Shown here piece by piece: positions 40,653 to 49,674 of a stretch of 64,000 nt of DNA; positions within the stretch are counted from its first letter, which is position 1; each line of letters opens with the position of its first letter. A program made the translations under genes and the position numbers. Location: positions 8,785 through 72,784 of the forward strand of contig DASZQB010000120.1 of NCBI GenBank assembly GCA_035550135.1, in the 5' to 3' direction. The DNA comes from Verrucomicrobiales bacterium (GTDB lineage: Bacteria > Verrucomicrobiota > Verrucomicrobiia > Verrucomicrobiales > V1-33). The notes beneath the pieces were generated by a model, which did no database searches, had not been told where the DNA came from, and worked only from the letters and a program-made list of their open reading frames with translations.

Positions 40653-41507
40653 ATGATCGCGAAATCTCTTTCAATCTGTGCGCTGCTTGCCATCGCCGCA
40701 CCTCAACTGTCGATGGCCGAAGATCCGCCTGCGCGTCCCGTGCCGGCGTGGGTGGAGCCGATGAAGAAAGTGCACGCGCGTTTTACCGGCACTTCAGGCA
40801 CGTTCGCGCAGTTCGGTGATTCCATCACCGTGACCATGGCATTCTGGACTCCGCTGGAAAGCGCTCCGAAGAACATGTCGCCGGAGGCGGCTTCCGCGCA
40901 TCAGTTGGTAAAATCATGGATCAAACCCGAATGCTGGCGAAAGTGGAAAGGCGCGGAATACGGAAGCGAAAGCGGGATGACCATCCGCTGGGCCGCCGCC
41001 AACGTTGACAAATGGCTAACCAAACTCAATCCCGAGGCCGCGCTCATCATGTTTGGCAGCAACGACGTCACACAGCTTGAAGTGCCCGAATACACCGCCA
41101 AAACACGCGCTGTCGTCGAGCGCTGTCTCGCCAACGGCACCGTCGTTATCCTCAGCACCATGCCGCCCCGCAGCGGGCGCGTGGACAAGTCCGAAAAGTT
41201 CGCCGCCGCCGTCCGCACCCTTGCCACCGAATTGAAAGTGCCGCTTCTTGACTATCACGCCGCCATTCTTGAGCGCCGGCCCGACGACTGGGACGGTTCT
41301 CTGCCAAAATTCAAATCCTCCCCGGGCGACGACTACCAGGTTCCCACCCTCATTGCCCGCGATGGCGTCCATCCCTCCGCTCCCTCAAAGGCGTCCGGCG
41401 ACTTCTCCGTGGAAGCCCTTCGCACCGGCGGCTATACCCTTCGCAACTACCTCACTCTGCTCAGTTGCGCCGATGTCATTCGCCATGTGCTGAAGCCGTC
41501 AAAGTGA
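40653..41507 (+). CDS. SGNH/GDSL hydrolase
   Basis: QFGDSIT, MFGSND, DGVHP; signal peptide. Confidence 0.88.
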   Translation: MIAKSLSICALLAIAAPQLSMAEDPPARPVPAWVEPMKKVHARFTGTSGTFAQFGDSITVTMAFWTPLESAPKNMSPEAASAHQLVKSWIKPECWRKWKGAEYGSESGMTIRWAAANVDKWLTKLNPEAALIMFGSNDVTQLEVPEYTAKTRAVVERCLANGTVVILSTMPPRSGRVDKSEKFAAAVRTLATELKVPLLDYHAAILERRPDDWDGSLPKFKSSPGDDYQVPTLIARDGVHPSAPSKASGDFSVEALRTGGYTLRNYLTLLSCADVIRHVLKPSK

Positions 41508-41522
41508 ACGCCCGCGAAGGGC

Positions 41523-41573
41523 AAAAAAATCGGGAGGGCAGCCTGCACCCATTGCGGCCACCCTCCCTTTTTT
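41523..41573 (+). terminator. Intrinsic terminator (probably bidirectional)
   Basis: A-run, GGGAGGG...CCCTCCC stem, T6 tail after the SGNH stop. Confidence 0.7.
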
Positions 41574-41783
41574 GATTCTGCCTCCCCTTAAGGCAGAAAG
41601 GGTTCGTTTGAAAGACACGGCACCTTATAGCCGGGACGGCCTTCCCGCCAAGTTTCCGCGGGAAACAAATCCGTCACACGGCTGCCGGACCGGCGCGTCG
41701 AAACCCAGGGAAATACTCTTGCTTCCCCTGGCAATCCGCGTTCCCGGTAGAGGCTTCCCGCCCCCGTTTTCAGCACCCGACCC

Positions 41784-42803
41784 ATGAGCAACTCCTCGCC
41801 CGACACCATTCCCTGCATGATGAAGATTGCCGGAACGGGAAGTTATGTGCCGGAACGCGTGCTGACCAATGCGGACCTCGAAAAAATGGTGGATACCACC
41901 GACGAGTGGATCGTTTCGAGAACCGGCATCCAGGAACGCCGTATTGCCGCTCCGGACGAAGCCACCAGCCACATGGCAACGAAGGCGGCGCAGCGGGCCA
42001 TCGAGGCGGCGGGGGTTTCCGCAGAAGATATCGATCTCATCATTGTCGCCACCATCACGCCTGACACGTTTTTCCCCTCCACTGCCTGCCATGTGCAGCG
42101 AAACCTTGGCGCCGTGAGGGCAGTGGCATTCGATGTCAGCGCGGCCTGCGCGGGATTTCTCTACGCCATGCAGATCGCGCGGCACTTTATCAACAGCGGC
42201 AATCGCCGCACCGCCCTCATCATCGGAGCCGACAAACTCAGCGGCATCGTGAACTGGACTGATCGAAACACCTGTGTCCTTTTCGGCGACGGAGCAGGCG
42301 CAGCCATCCTGACCAGCAAGAATCCTGACGACGGCGATCCCTCCGGCCTGCTGTCCTCCATCATGGCCAGCGATGGGCGGCTTACGGACATTCTCTCCGT
42401 CCCGGGCGGCGGCTCCGCCATTCCCATTACTCCCGAGAATGCCGGCCAACGCCTCAATACCATTCACATGCAGGGCCGCGAGGTCTTCAAAGCCGCCGTC
42501 AAACACACGCTGGAAGCCTGCGAGACCGCCATCGAACGCGCCGGTCTTACGCCGAAGGACATTTCGTTCATGATCCCGCACCAGGCGAATATCAGAATCG
42601 TGGACGCCATCCGCGACCGCCTCGGTCTCCCCGCCGAACGCGCCTTTCTCAATCTGCACAAATACGGCAATACCAGCGGAGCCGCCATCGCCATCGCCCT
42701 CGACGAGTCCGCCCGCAGCGGTGCCATGAAAAAGGGCGACAATGTCCTGCTGGTGGCCTTCGGCGCCGGCTTCGCGTGGGCAGCGAGCGTGATTCGATGG
42801 TAA
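41784..42803 (+). CDS. fabH: 3-oxoacyl-ACP synthase III
   Basis: DTTDEWIVSRTGI, AACAGF, FGDGAGA, PHQANIRI, YGNTSGA. Confidence 0.96.
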   Translation: MSNSSPDTIPCMMKIAGTGSYVPERVLTNADLEKMVDTTDEWIVSRTGIQERRIAAPDEATSHMATKAAQRAIEAAGVSAEDIDLIIVATITPDTFFPSTACHVQRNLGAVRAVAFDVSAACAGFLYAMQIARHFINSGNRRTALIIGADKLSGIVNWTDRNTCVLFGDGAGAAILTSKNPDDGDPSGLLSSIMASDGRLTDILSVPGGGSAIPITPENAGQRLNTIHMQGREVFKAAVKHTLEACETAIERAGLTPKDISFMIPHQANIRIVDAIRDRLGLPAERAFLNLHKYGNTSGAAIAIALDESARSGAMKKGDNVLLVAFGAGFAWAASVIRW

Positions 42804-43219
42804 GCCGGCGAGTCCCGCGGGACTCACCGGATGCGGAGTAAAATGCTCATTGCAGCTTGTCCCTGAGGTGACAGGATAATGGACGCAATTCCATGAAAGG
42901 AAACCCCGATGCCATGATTGAGACACGCCCGCTGACTGCGGAGACGTGCGGCCGGGGCTTCACCTGAATGGCCGGGGCGTGATGGGAACGGAGTCTCCGT
43001 TGCCGCCGATGGATGTGCCTGCTGCGCTGAACGCGCGGTGAGAGGCATGGAATGACTGGGGCATCCTGCTGTCACGCACCCGAAACCGAAGCGCCCTGAG
43101 CTGCGCGCGTCAGGGTCTTTCGTGTCTGCCCGGAACTTTCCGCCCGTCTGCAAAGCGGGCGGTCTTCGAACAAAGAAACAAACGACAAACTGCAACACTA
43201 ACAACACTCACACATTACT

Positions 43220-43747
43220 ATGAAACACCTGTTCCTTGCGGCCTTTACGGCTCTCGCTCTTTCCTGCACTGCCGGCGCCGCCGACAAGAAGGACGAAAAG
43301 AAAGACAAAGACTCCGCCTCTGCTTCCGAATCGGCTGAGCATACCCTCGCCGATTTCAAAATCGGCGCCAGCATCACCGGTCCGGAAGTGAAACTCGAAG
43401 ACCTCAAAGGCAAGGCCGTCATCATTGAAAACTGGGGCGTCAACTGCGGCCCGTGCCTCGCCAGTCTGCCCGACATGCAAAAGCTCTCGAAGCGGCACAA
43501 AGAAAATCTCGTGCTCATCGGTGCGCATTCCCAGGACGCCACGGACGACAAAGTGAAGGAAGTCGTGAAGAAGCACAAGCTCACTTACAGCATCGTCAAA
43601 GGCTCGAATTCACCGTCCGATGTGAGCAGCAACACGATTCCTCACGCCTATGTCTTCGATGCCGAAGGCAAGCTCCTCTTCCACGGAGTCCCGAGCGATC
43701 CGAAGTTCGACAAGGCTGTGCGCAAGGCTGTCGCGAAAAAGGCCTGA
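43220..43747 (+). CDS. TlpA-family thiol-disulfide oxidoreductase, exported
   Basis: Signal peptide, LKGKAVIIENWGVNCGPC, IPHAYVFDAEGK. Confidence 0.9.
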   Translation: MKHLFLAAFTALALSCTAGAADKKDEKKDKDSASASESAEHTLADFKIGASITGPEVKLEDLKGKAVIIENWGVNCGPCLASLPDMQKLSKRHKENLVLIGAHSQDATDDKVKEVVKKHKLTYSIVKGSNSPSDVSSNTIPHAYVFDAEGKLLFHGVPSDPKFDKAVRKAVAKKA

Positions 43748-43808
43748 TCCGCATCTGACTTGTTAATTCTCAGCGCCGGCAGCAGCACCGCTGTCGGCGC
43801 ATTTCTTC

Positions 43809-45737
43809 ATGCCCTCCCTCGCGCCGCGCATCATCGGGACCGCCGGTCATATCGATCACGGCAAGAGCACGCTGGTGGAGGCGCTCACCGGCACGAATCC
43901 GGACCGGCTGCCGGAGGAAATCAAACGGGGGCTGACGATAGAACTGGGTTTTGCCCATCTTTCCCTAACGGACCCGTTGCATCCCGGAAACGGCTGGCAC
44001 GCGGGACTCGTGGATGTGCCGGGCCATGCCGATTACGTGCGCAACATGCTGGCGGGGCTTGGGCACGTGGATGCCGCGCTGCTGGTGGTGGCGGCGGATG
44101 ACGGATGGATGCCGCAAACGGAGGAGCACTTTGAGATTCTGCTCCATCTTCACATCGATCATGGGGTGGTGGCCCTGACAAAAAGTGATCTGCTGGCCGA
44201 CCGCGGCACGGCAGAGGAGAACATCCGCCTCAAACTGGCCGGCACGCCGTGGGCGGAGGCTCCGGTGGTTCCCGTCTGCGCGCTGGGCGGAGAAGGCCTC
44301 GATGAACTGCGCGCGGCGCTGGCCGAAGTCCTGCGCGCTGCGCCGCTTCCGCGGGATGTTAGAAAACCGAGACTGCAGGTGGACCGCGTGTTTTCGCCGC
44401 GCGGCGCGGGAACGGTGGTCACCGGAACTTTGAGCGGAGGCGTGTTGCAGACGGGCGAGGACATCTTTGTGCAGCCGGGCGGTTTGTCAGGAAGAATCCG
44501 CGGACTGCAAAATCACGGTCGCGCGCTGGAAACGGCGCAGCCGGGCATGCGCACCGCGGCCCGGCTGGCCTCCATCGAAATCGCGCATGATGGAGCGGGT
44601 GAGGGGGCGTGGCGCGGGCATACGGTCACCACCATTCCAGGCGGTGCCTCAGGCGTGCTGCATGCGCAGTTCACCCGGCTGGACCGCCGTCCTGATCCGC
44701 CGCCCCTGCGGCACGGATGCAAGGTCTGGCTGCACCACGGCACCTCCAGCCACGAGGCCCGCGTGTATCTCGCGGGTGTTAGAGAACTGCTCCCTGGTCA
44801 TTCCTGCATTGGCGAACTCCGCACGCGCGCGCCGGTCTTCGCCTTCACCGGCGACCGGTTTGTGCTGCGCGATTTTTCACGCCGTCACACGCTCGCAGGA
44901 GGACTGGTGCTGGAAACCTCCGCCCGCCCGCGGGCATGGAAACAGCCCCGCTGGCTGCATTGTCTCGAACAGTGGGCCGCTCATCCTGACAATGTTTCCG
45001 TCCGGGTTGCCGGCCTTCTGGAACGGGACGGCTGTTTCAAAAAGGAGGGATTGCTGCAGCTCTCCCGTTTCACCGGTGCAGAGATCGCCGCCGCGGTGGA
45101 TGCGCTGCCTGACAAAGTGGTGTGCGGAGACTGGATTGTCTCTGCGCCGCGCTGGCAGGCCGTGCTCGCGGCTGCGGAGGAAATTATCCGGGCTCATCAT
45201 CGTCTGCATCCCTCCGAACCGGGACAGAAATTGAGCGACTTCCGCACGGCGCTGCTACCTCACCTGCCGGATACCGCGCTGAGCGAACCGCTCATCAATG
45301 CTCTCGTGACACGCGGTTTTGTGCGCGGGCAGGGCGTCATCCGCGCCGGAGATTTCCATGCGGAAATTTCCCCGGCGCAGCGCGCCTCCTGCGATCAGCT
45401 TCGCGCGGTCCTTGCCGCTGATAAGTACAGCCCGCCAAATCTCTCCACCTTTGTCCAGACGGCACAGGACCGCGAAGCACTGCAAATCCTTCTCAACAGC
45501 CGCGAAGTCACCCGCCTCAATGAGGAAACCGTCATGCTCACCGACGCCCTCCTCGTGCTCAAGCAACTCATCATCGCTCACTTGCGCCGTCAGGGCCGTG
45601 AAACCATCGCTGGCTTGCGCGACGCCCTCGGAGGCACCCGCCGCATCCTCGTTCCTGTCTGCGAACTCCTGGACCGCGAGCGCATTACAAGGCGGGAAGG
45701 CGATTGGCGCAGCCTCATTTCCCGGAACGGCGCATGA
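43809..45737 (+). CDS. selB: Selenocysteine-specific elongation factor
   Basis: GTAGHIDHGKSTLV..LTG..PDRLPEEIKRGLTIELG, DVPGH, MPQTEEH, C-terminal winged-helix LD..RITRREGDWR. Confidence 0.93.
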   Translation: MPSLAPRIIGTAGHIDHGKSTLVEALTGTNPDRLPEEIKRGLTIELGFAHLSLTDPLHPGNGWHAGLVDVPGHADYVRNMLAGLGHVDAALLVVAADDGWMPQTEEHFEILLHLHIDHGVVALTKSDLLADRGTAEENIRLKLAGTPWAEAPVVPVCALGGEGLDELRAALAEVLRAAPLPRDVRKPRLQVDRVFSPRGAGTVVTGTLSGGVLQTGEDIFVQPGGLSGRIRGLQNHGRALETAQPGMRTAARLASIEIAHDGAGEGAWRGHTVTTIPGGASGVLHAQFTRLDRRPDPPPLRHGCKVWLHHGTSSHEARVYLAGVRELLPGHSCIGELRTRAPVFAFTGDRFVLRDFSRRHTLAGGLVLETSARPRAWKQPRWLHCLEQWAAHPDNVSVRVAGLLERDGCFKKEGLLQLSRFTGAEIAAAVDALPDKVVCGDWIVSAPRWQAVLAAAEEIIRAHHRLHPSEPGQKLSDFRTALLPHLPDTALSEPLINALVTRGFVRGQGVIRAGDFHAEISPAQRASCDQLRAVLAADKYSPPNLSTFVQTAQDREALQILLNSREVTRLNEETVMLTDALLVLKQLIIAHLRRQGRETIAGLRDALGGTRRILVPVCELLDRERITRREGDWRSLISRNGA

Positions 45738-45778
45738 CGAAAAAGATTCCGATCATGCAGCCGTCCGGTCCTCACGCC

Positions 45779-48700
45779 TCACGGCAATTCCTCGGCTTTC
45801 AGACGCAGGTAAAGCCGGGGTTTGCTCTGTGTGGTGTATCCAGGTGTAAAGATGTGCGTGGTGTGCGTGCTTCCCACGCCGAGGAGCGGTTGTGTTCCGG
45901 TCCATGCGCCTCCGCCGGTGTGACTGGCCTGCGTGGACCAGGTTTTGAGGTCTGAGCTTTGCAGAACGGTGACGCGCAAGTGGGAGTCGGTAAGGGCGGC
46001 ATTGCTCATGACGAGATTGAAGGTCACGGGGGCCTGGGGCGAGGTCACCGGGCCCAGGGTGAGAGTATTGGAGGCATAGAGTCCCGTTTCGGCCTTTTCC
46101 GGATTGGTCCCGGCGACGTATTCCGTGAGATTGGTCACGCCGTCGTTGTCGTAGTCGGCATCATTGGCGTACTGCCCGGTGCCGTCCGGCGTGCCGAAGT
46201 GATTCACCCGCCACTGCTGGAGCGGAGTGTAGTTAGGCACGATCGTGACGAGCACGGGGTGGTTGTTCATCAGCAGCGTGGGTTTGCCGTAGCCCGGCGT
46301 GAGTTGATTGACACCAATGACGTTGCCCATGACTTCATTGACAGTGACAAAGAAACGGGTGGTGGTCTGCTGTTGGGCATTAGCTGGAATGCTTATGCGC
46401 AGGGTGTGGTCCACAACGTCTGAGGGTGAGATCGGCACCACCGGACCGCCGGAGGGGTAGTCGAGCCAGAGACGTCCGTCGCCTGAGGCGCCGCTGCCGC
46501 TCTTGGACGCGATCGTGACACCGTTCGCCTGGAGGCTAACCCCCGCGACCAAAAAAGTCAGCGCGTTGCCGCCAATCACTGCCCCGGGTGTCCATGTGCC
46601 GCCGGGGCCGCTGATGGCTTGCTGGAAGATCAGTTCGCACTGGGTGACGGCAACATTCAGGTCCGCCAGTCCGCCGCTCTCCACCGGACGACCGACATTG
46701 GTCAGAGGAAGGGTGAGCACGGAAGCAGCCGTGCCGGCCGTGATGTTTACCTCCGCGGGCTGGGAGAAAAGGTCCGTTCTAAGATTGTTAGGAACGTTGC
46801 GCAGGAAATCGATGCGGCCATAGAAGTTGTAGGCGGCGGCATCGGGACGGCCATCGCGGTTGATGTCGAGCACGGAGACCAGGTTGTAGCCCTCAGGAAT
46901 TTCGGGTTTGTGGAGCTCCGAGCGGAACCACTGATGGCGTGAACGCATGTAATGGAAAAGCGTTAGGCCGTTGGCGGTGGCGGCGAGAATGTCGGTGCGT
47001 CCGTCGCAGTCCCAGTCCACGGCGGCGATGTCGCGGATGCCGGCGGGGCCGGGGATGAGGACAGTGGAGGTGAGCGCGGAGGGATTCCATGCGGAGAGGC
47101 CGCCGGTGCCATTGATATAAACGACTTCCTTGCTGTCGTCTCCCGTGGCGTCGGCCCAGACGAGCCGGTAGGGGTTCGAGGCCCCGTTGTTCTCCACCTC
47201 GACCTGCGGACTGTCGCTGAGGGGTGCCCAGCCAAAACTCAATTGGGCACCGCTCAGAAAGCGGCTGCCATTTCCGCCTCCGATGTAAGCCAGCTCATCA
47301 CCAGGTCCGGCAGTGTGCTGGCCGGCTGCGATCCCCTGGGGCGCGGGACCGGAGGGGCTGAGAATATTGAAACTGCTCCATGTGCCGCCGGTTTGATTCA
47401 GCCCGTGCAGTTGCCCGGTGGAACCAGCGTAAGTGAAGAGGTCCGGTCGCCCGCTGGGCAATCCAATGTTCCCGCAGGCCAAATAGGAAACTCCCTGCAG
47501 CCCGGTGGCGATGGTCGCCTCCGGCCACTGGAGCGGGGCGTCAACGGTATTGTAAGCCAGGCGCACGGTGCCGTCGGCGGGCAGGGTGTAGGCTACGTCC
47601 GGCCTGCCGTCGGCGTCAAAATCCGCGGCGACCGCATGCTCCGTCGATTCGCTGTGCGTAAGCCTGAAGGATGGCTGCCCCGGCAGGCCATCCTGCTGGG
47701 TATAAATAAAGTACAGCTTTTCCTGGCCTGCCGCCGCCACGACAAGGTCGTCCCGGCCGTTAAGATCAAAGTCCGCACTGCACATACCGCTGACCCCGCC
47801 GATGTTTCTGCTGCCCGTTAGGGTCGCACCGGGTGCGGTGTGAAGCTCACGGTTCTCAATGAAGGCGAACGTCCCGTTGGCCATGCTCGCAAAGAAATCC
47901 ACATCGCCATCTCCGTCGGAATCCGCCGCGCCCAGACCGTCCACATTTGCCGGCAGCGTGGCGAGCGTATTGTTGGCCCATTTGATGGCCGCGTCATCAA
48001 TGACAACCATTTCAGACGTTCCATTCGAGTCGTAGTCTGCGAAAATGTAAGCGTAATTCCACCAGGAATCCTGATCGGTCACTGGCCCAAAGGTGCCATC
48101 GCCGTTGTTGAGGGCCTTGTGCAGGCCGTCGGCGAGATCCGCCCAGCCGTCGTTGTTGATGTCGAGCATCACCCTCGGCATCTGCACTGGAAAATTGCTG
48201 CCGACCGTGAACGCGCCGTCACCGTTGTTGCTAAAGAGCAGAGACCGGATGTGCTCGTCCGGGAGGCCGAGGACCTTGTCCGGCCCGTAGGTGGTGTATT
48301 CGCTGCAATGAATGTCGGCGTCTCCATCGTGATCGTAATCGGCGGTGGTGATGTCGCAAAACGTGGAGAGCCCGTCCGCCTGGAGGTTGGACGTGGTGGG
48401 AAAGCCGCCGGAGCCGTCATTCCAGCGGATGTAGAGCTTGCCGTCCCAGTGGTCGGGATTCGTGCCCGTATTTGGCGACGAGTAAGTCTCCAGAATCGCA
48501 AGGTCCACCGTGCCGTTCTTGTTATAGTCGGCCGGGAGAATCGTCAGATAATGGCCGCCTTCGTCGTAAGGCAGGCTGTTCGTCCAGTCCACACGGGAGC
48601 CCAGGCTGAACGTTCCGGAGCCGTTGTTGAGAAACACCTGGAGGGTGTATTCAAATGCGTTGCCGTTCCACTCATTGATACGGAGGATGTCGATGTCGCC

Positions 48701-49015
48701 GTCGCGGTCCACGTCGCATACGGCGGCTGTCAGCGGCACGACGGTGGCGGAGGGCGTCTGCGGGAGAGTGATGGCCGGCAAAGTGATGGTGCCGCCCTCC
48801 GGAAATCGCGAGATTTTGTTGCCGCCCTGATACCACTGGAGACGGCCATTGCCGAGGAAGTTCGCGGCGATGGGGTTCATAATGCGGGGCCCGCCGGCGC
48901 CGCCGCGGGCCGGAGCATCGAATCCCGCCGGCAGTGGGCGGACGGTGAATGGCGCCGCCAACGCTGCGGGCACAGCGATGAACACCAGCGGGAAAAGGAG
49001 TTGGACTGTTTTCAT
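45779..49015 (-). CDS. Large secreted FG-GAP/VCBS repeat protein
   Basis: Signal peptide; many DxDxDGxxD blades; C-terminal DYDNDGVTNLTEYVAGTNP...YLRLK. Confidence 0.9.
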   Translation of the reverse strand: MKTVQLLFPLVFIAVPAALAAPFTVRPLPAGFDAPARGGAGGPRIMNPIAANFLGNGRLQWYQGGNKISRFPEGGTITLPAITLPQTPSATVVPLTAAVCDVDRDGDIDILRINEWNGNAFEYTLQVFLNNGSGTFSLGSRVDWTNSLPYDEGGHYLTILPADYNKNGTVDLAILETYSSPNTGTNPDHWDGKLYIRWNDGSGGFPTTSNLQADGLSTFCDITTADYDHDGDADIHCSEYTTYGPDKVLGLPDEHIRSLLFSNNGDGAFTVGSNFPVQMPRVMLDINNDGWADLADGLHKALNNGDGTFGPVTDQDSWWNYAYIFADYDSNGTSEMVVIDDAAIKWANNTLATLPANVDGLGAADSDGDGDVDFFASMANGTFAFIENRELHTAPGATLTGSRNIGGVSGMCSADFDLNGRDDLVVAAAGQEKLYFIYTQQDGLPGQPSFRLTHSESTEHAVAADFDADGRPDVAYTLPADGTVRLAYNTVDAPLQWPEATIATGLQGVSYLACGNIGLPSGRPDLFTYAGSTGQLHGLNQTGGTWSSFNILSPSGPAPQGIAAGQHTAGPGDELAYIGGGNGSRFLSGAQLSFGWAPLSDSPQVEVENNGASNPYRLVWADATGDDSKEVVYINGTGGLSAWNPSALTSTVLIPGPAGIRDIAAVDWDCDGRTDILAATANGLTLFHYMRSRHQWFRSELHKPEIPEGYNLVSVLDINRDGRPDAAAYNFYGRIDFLRNVPNNLRTDLFSQPAEVNITAGTAASVLTLPLTNVGRPVESGGLADLNVAVTQCELIFQQAISGPGGTWTPGAVIGGNALTFLVAGVSLQANGVTIASKSGSGASGDGRLWLDYPSGGPVVPISPSDVVDHTLRISIPANAQQQTTTRFFVTVNEVMGNVIGVNQLTPGYGKPTLLMNNHPVLVTIVPNYTPLQQWRVNHFGTPDGTGQYANDADYDNDGVTNLTEYVAGTNPEKAETGLYASNTLTLGPVTSPQAPVTFNLVMSNAALTDSHLRVTVLQSSDLKTWSTQASHTGGGAWTGTQPLLGVGSTHTTHIFTPGYTTQSKPRLYLRLKAEELP

Positions 49016-49101
49016 GGATGGAGTGGTTAGCGTGAGTGTGCGGTTTTCTTCATGACCGTGCGTCCACTCTCACCGACTCTGCGCCATCCGGGTATTGGAC
49101 C

Positions 49102-49126
49102 TCGGACGGAACAGGAGCGGATTATT
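49102..49126 (-). promoter_or_regulatory. Putative ECF-sigma promoter
   Basis: Minus strand AATAATCCGCT-N7-CGTCCGA about 87 bp upstream of ATG 49015; similar motif at 58649-58674. Confidence 0.45.
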
Positions 49127-49236
49127 TTACGTTAGGGAATCCTCCGGAAGTCGGAGGGGTCCGTTCTCACCACGCCGGGAGATTTTCAGACTTCACACTG
49201 CCAAATCATGTATGACCCCGGCAGGCCGCAGCACCT

Positions 49237-49324
49237 GCAGCAAGCCCGTCCCGGCCTTGTGAGCAGGCGGCCGCATGTTCTCAGCGTGACGAAGTCGCCC
49301 TCAAGGCCGGGACGGCCTTGCTAC
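49237..49324. repeat. GTAG-type REP doublet
   Basis: GCAGCAAGCCCGTCCCGGCCTTG ... CAAGGCCGGGACGGCCTTGCTAC (reverse complement begins GTAGCAAGGCC). Confidence 0.75.
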
Positions 49325-49381
49325 GGGTTTTCGCATGCCTAACAGAGATGTGCGTCGGCCCTGTGAAACACAGGTGAAAGC

Positions 49382-49517
49382 GATCGTACTGACTGACTGA
49401 AACCCTATACGTTCAGGCAGTCAGTACGATTGCTCCATGGAGAAACCGGGAATACCCGGAAAACCGGGAAAACCGTCGGCCTGGGGAGGTTTTCCCGGTA
49501 TTCCCGGTTTTCTCCTG
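49382..49517 (+). repeat. Left terminal inverted repeat (hairpin + iterons)
   Basis: 49382-49465 matches the reverse complement of 51497-51581 with about 4 differences; 49488-49517 matches the reverse complement of 51412-51441 exactly (30 bp). Confidence 0.92.
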
Positions 49518-49674
49518 CGGGTTTGGGACCGGATCAGGCATTCAGCCGGCCTGTGCATCCGCGCAGGGGTTATCGAGCGTGTTTTTGCTGTATCGATAAT
49601 TCAGTCTTACCAGGTAATCCCGGGTAAGACCGGCAGGGAATTGAAGCCGCATCGTTTTGCAGGAAAATGCAGCC

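Noticed and set aside
42804..43219. Riboswitch or tRNA-Sec in the fabH-tlpA intergenic region
   Set aside because: Only isolated hairpins; no recognisable aptamer or UCA-anticodon cloverleaf
43220..43747. Selenoprotein next to selB
   Set aside because: The TlpA active site is CGPC with ordinary Cys codons; no in-frame UGA was seen
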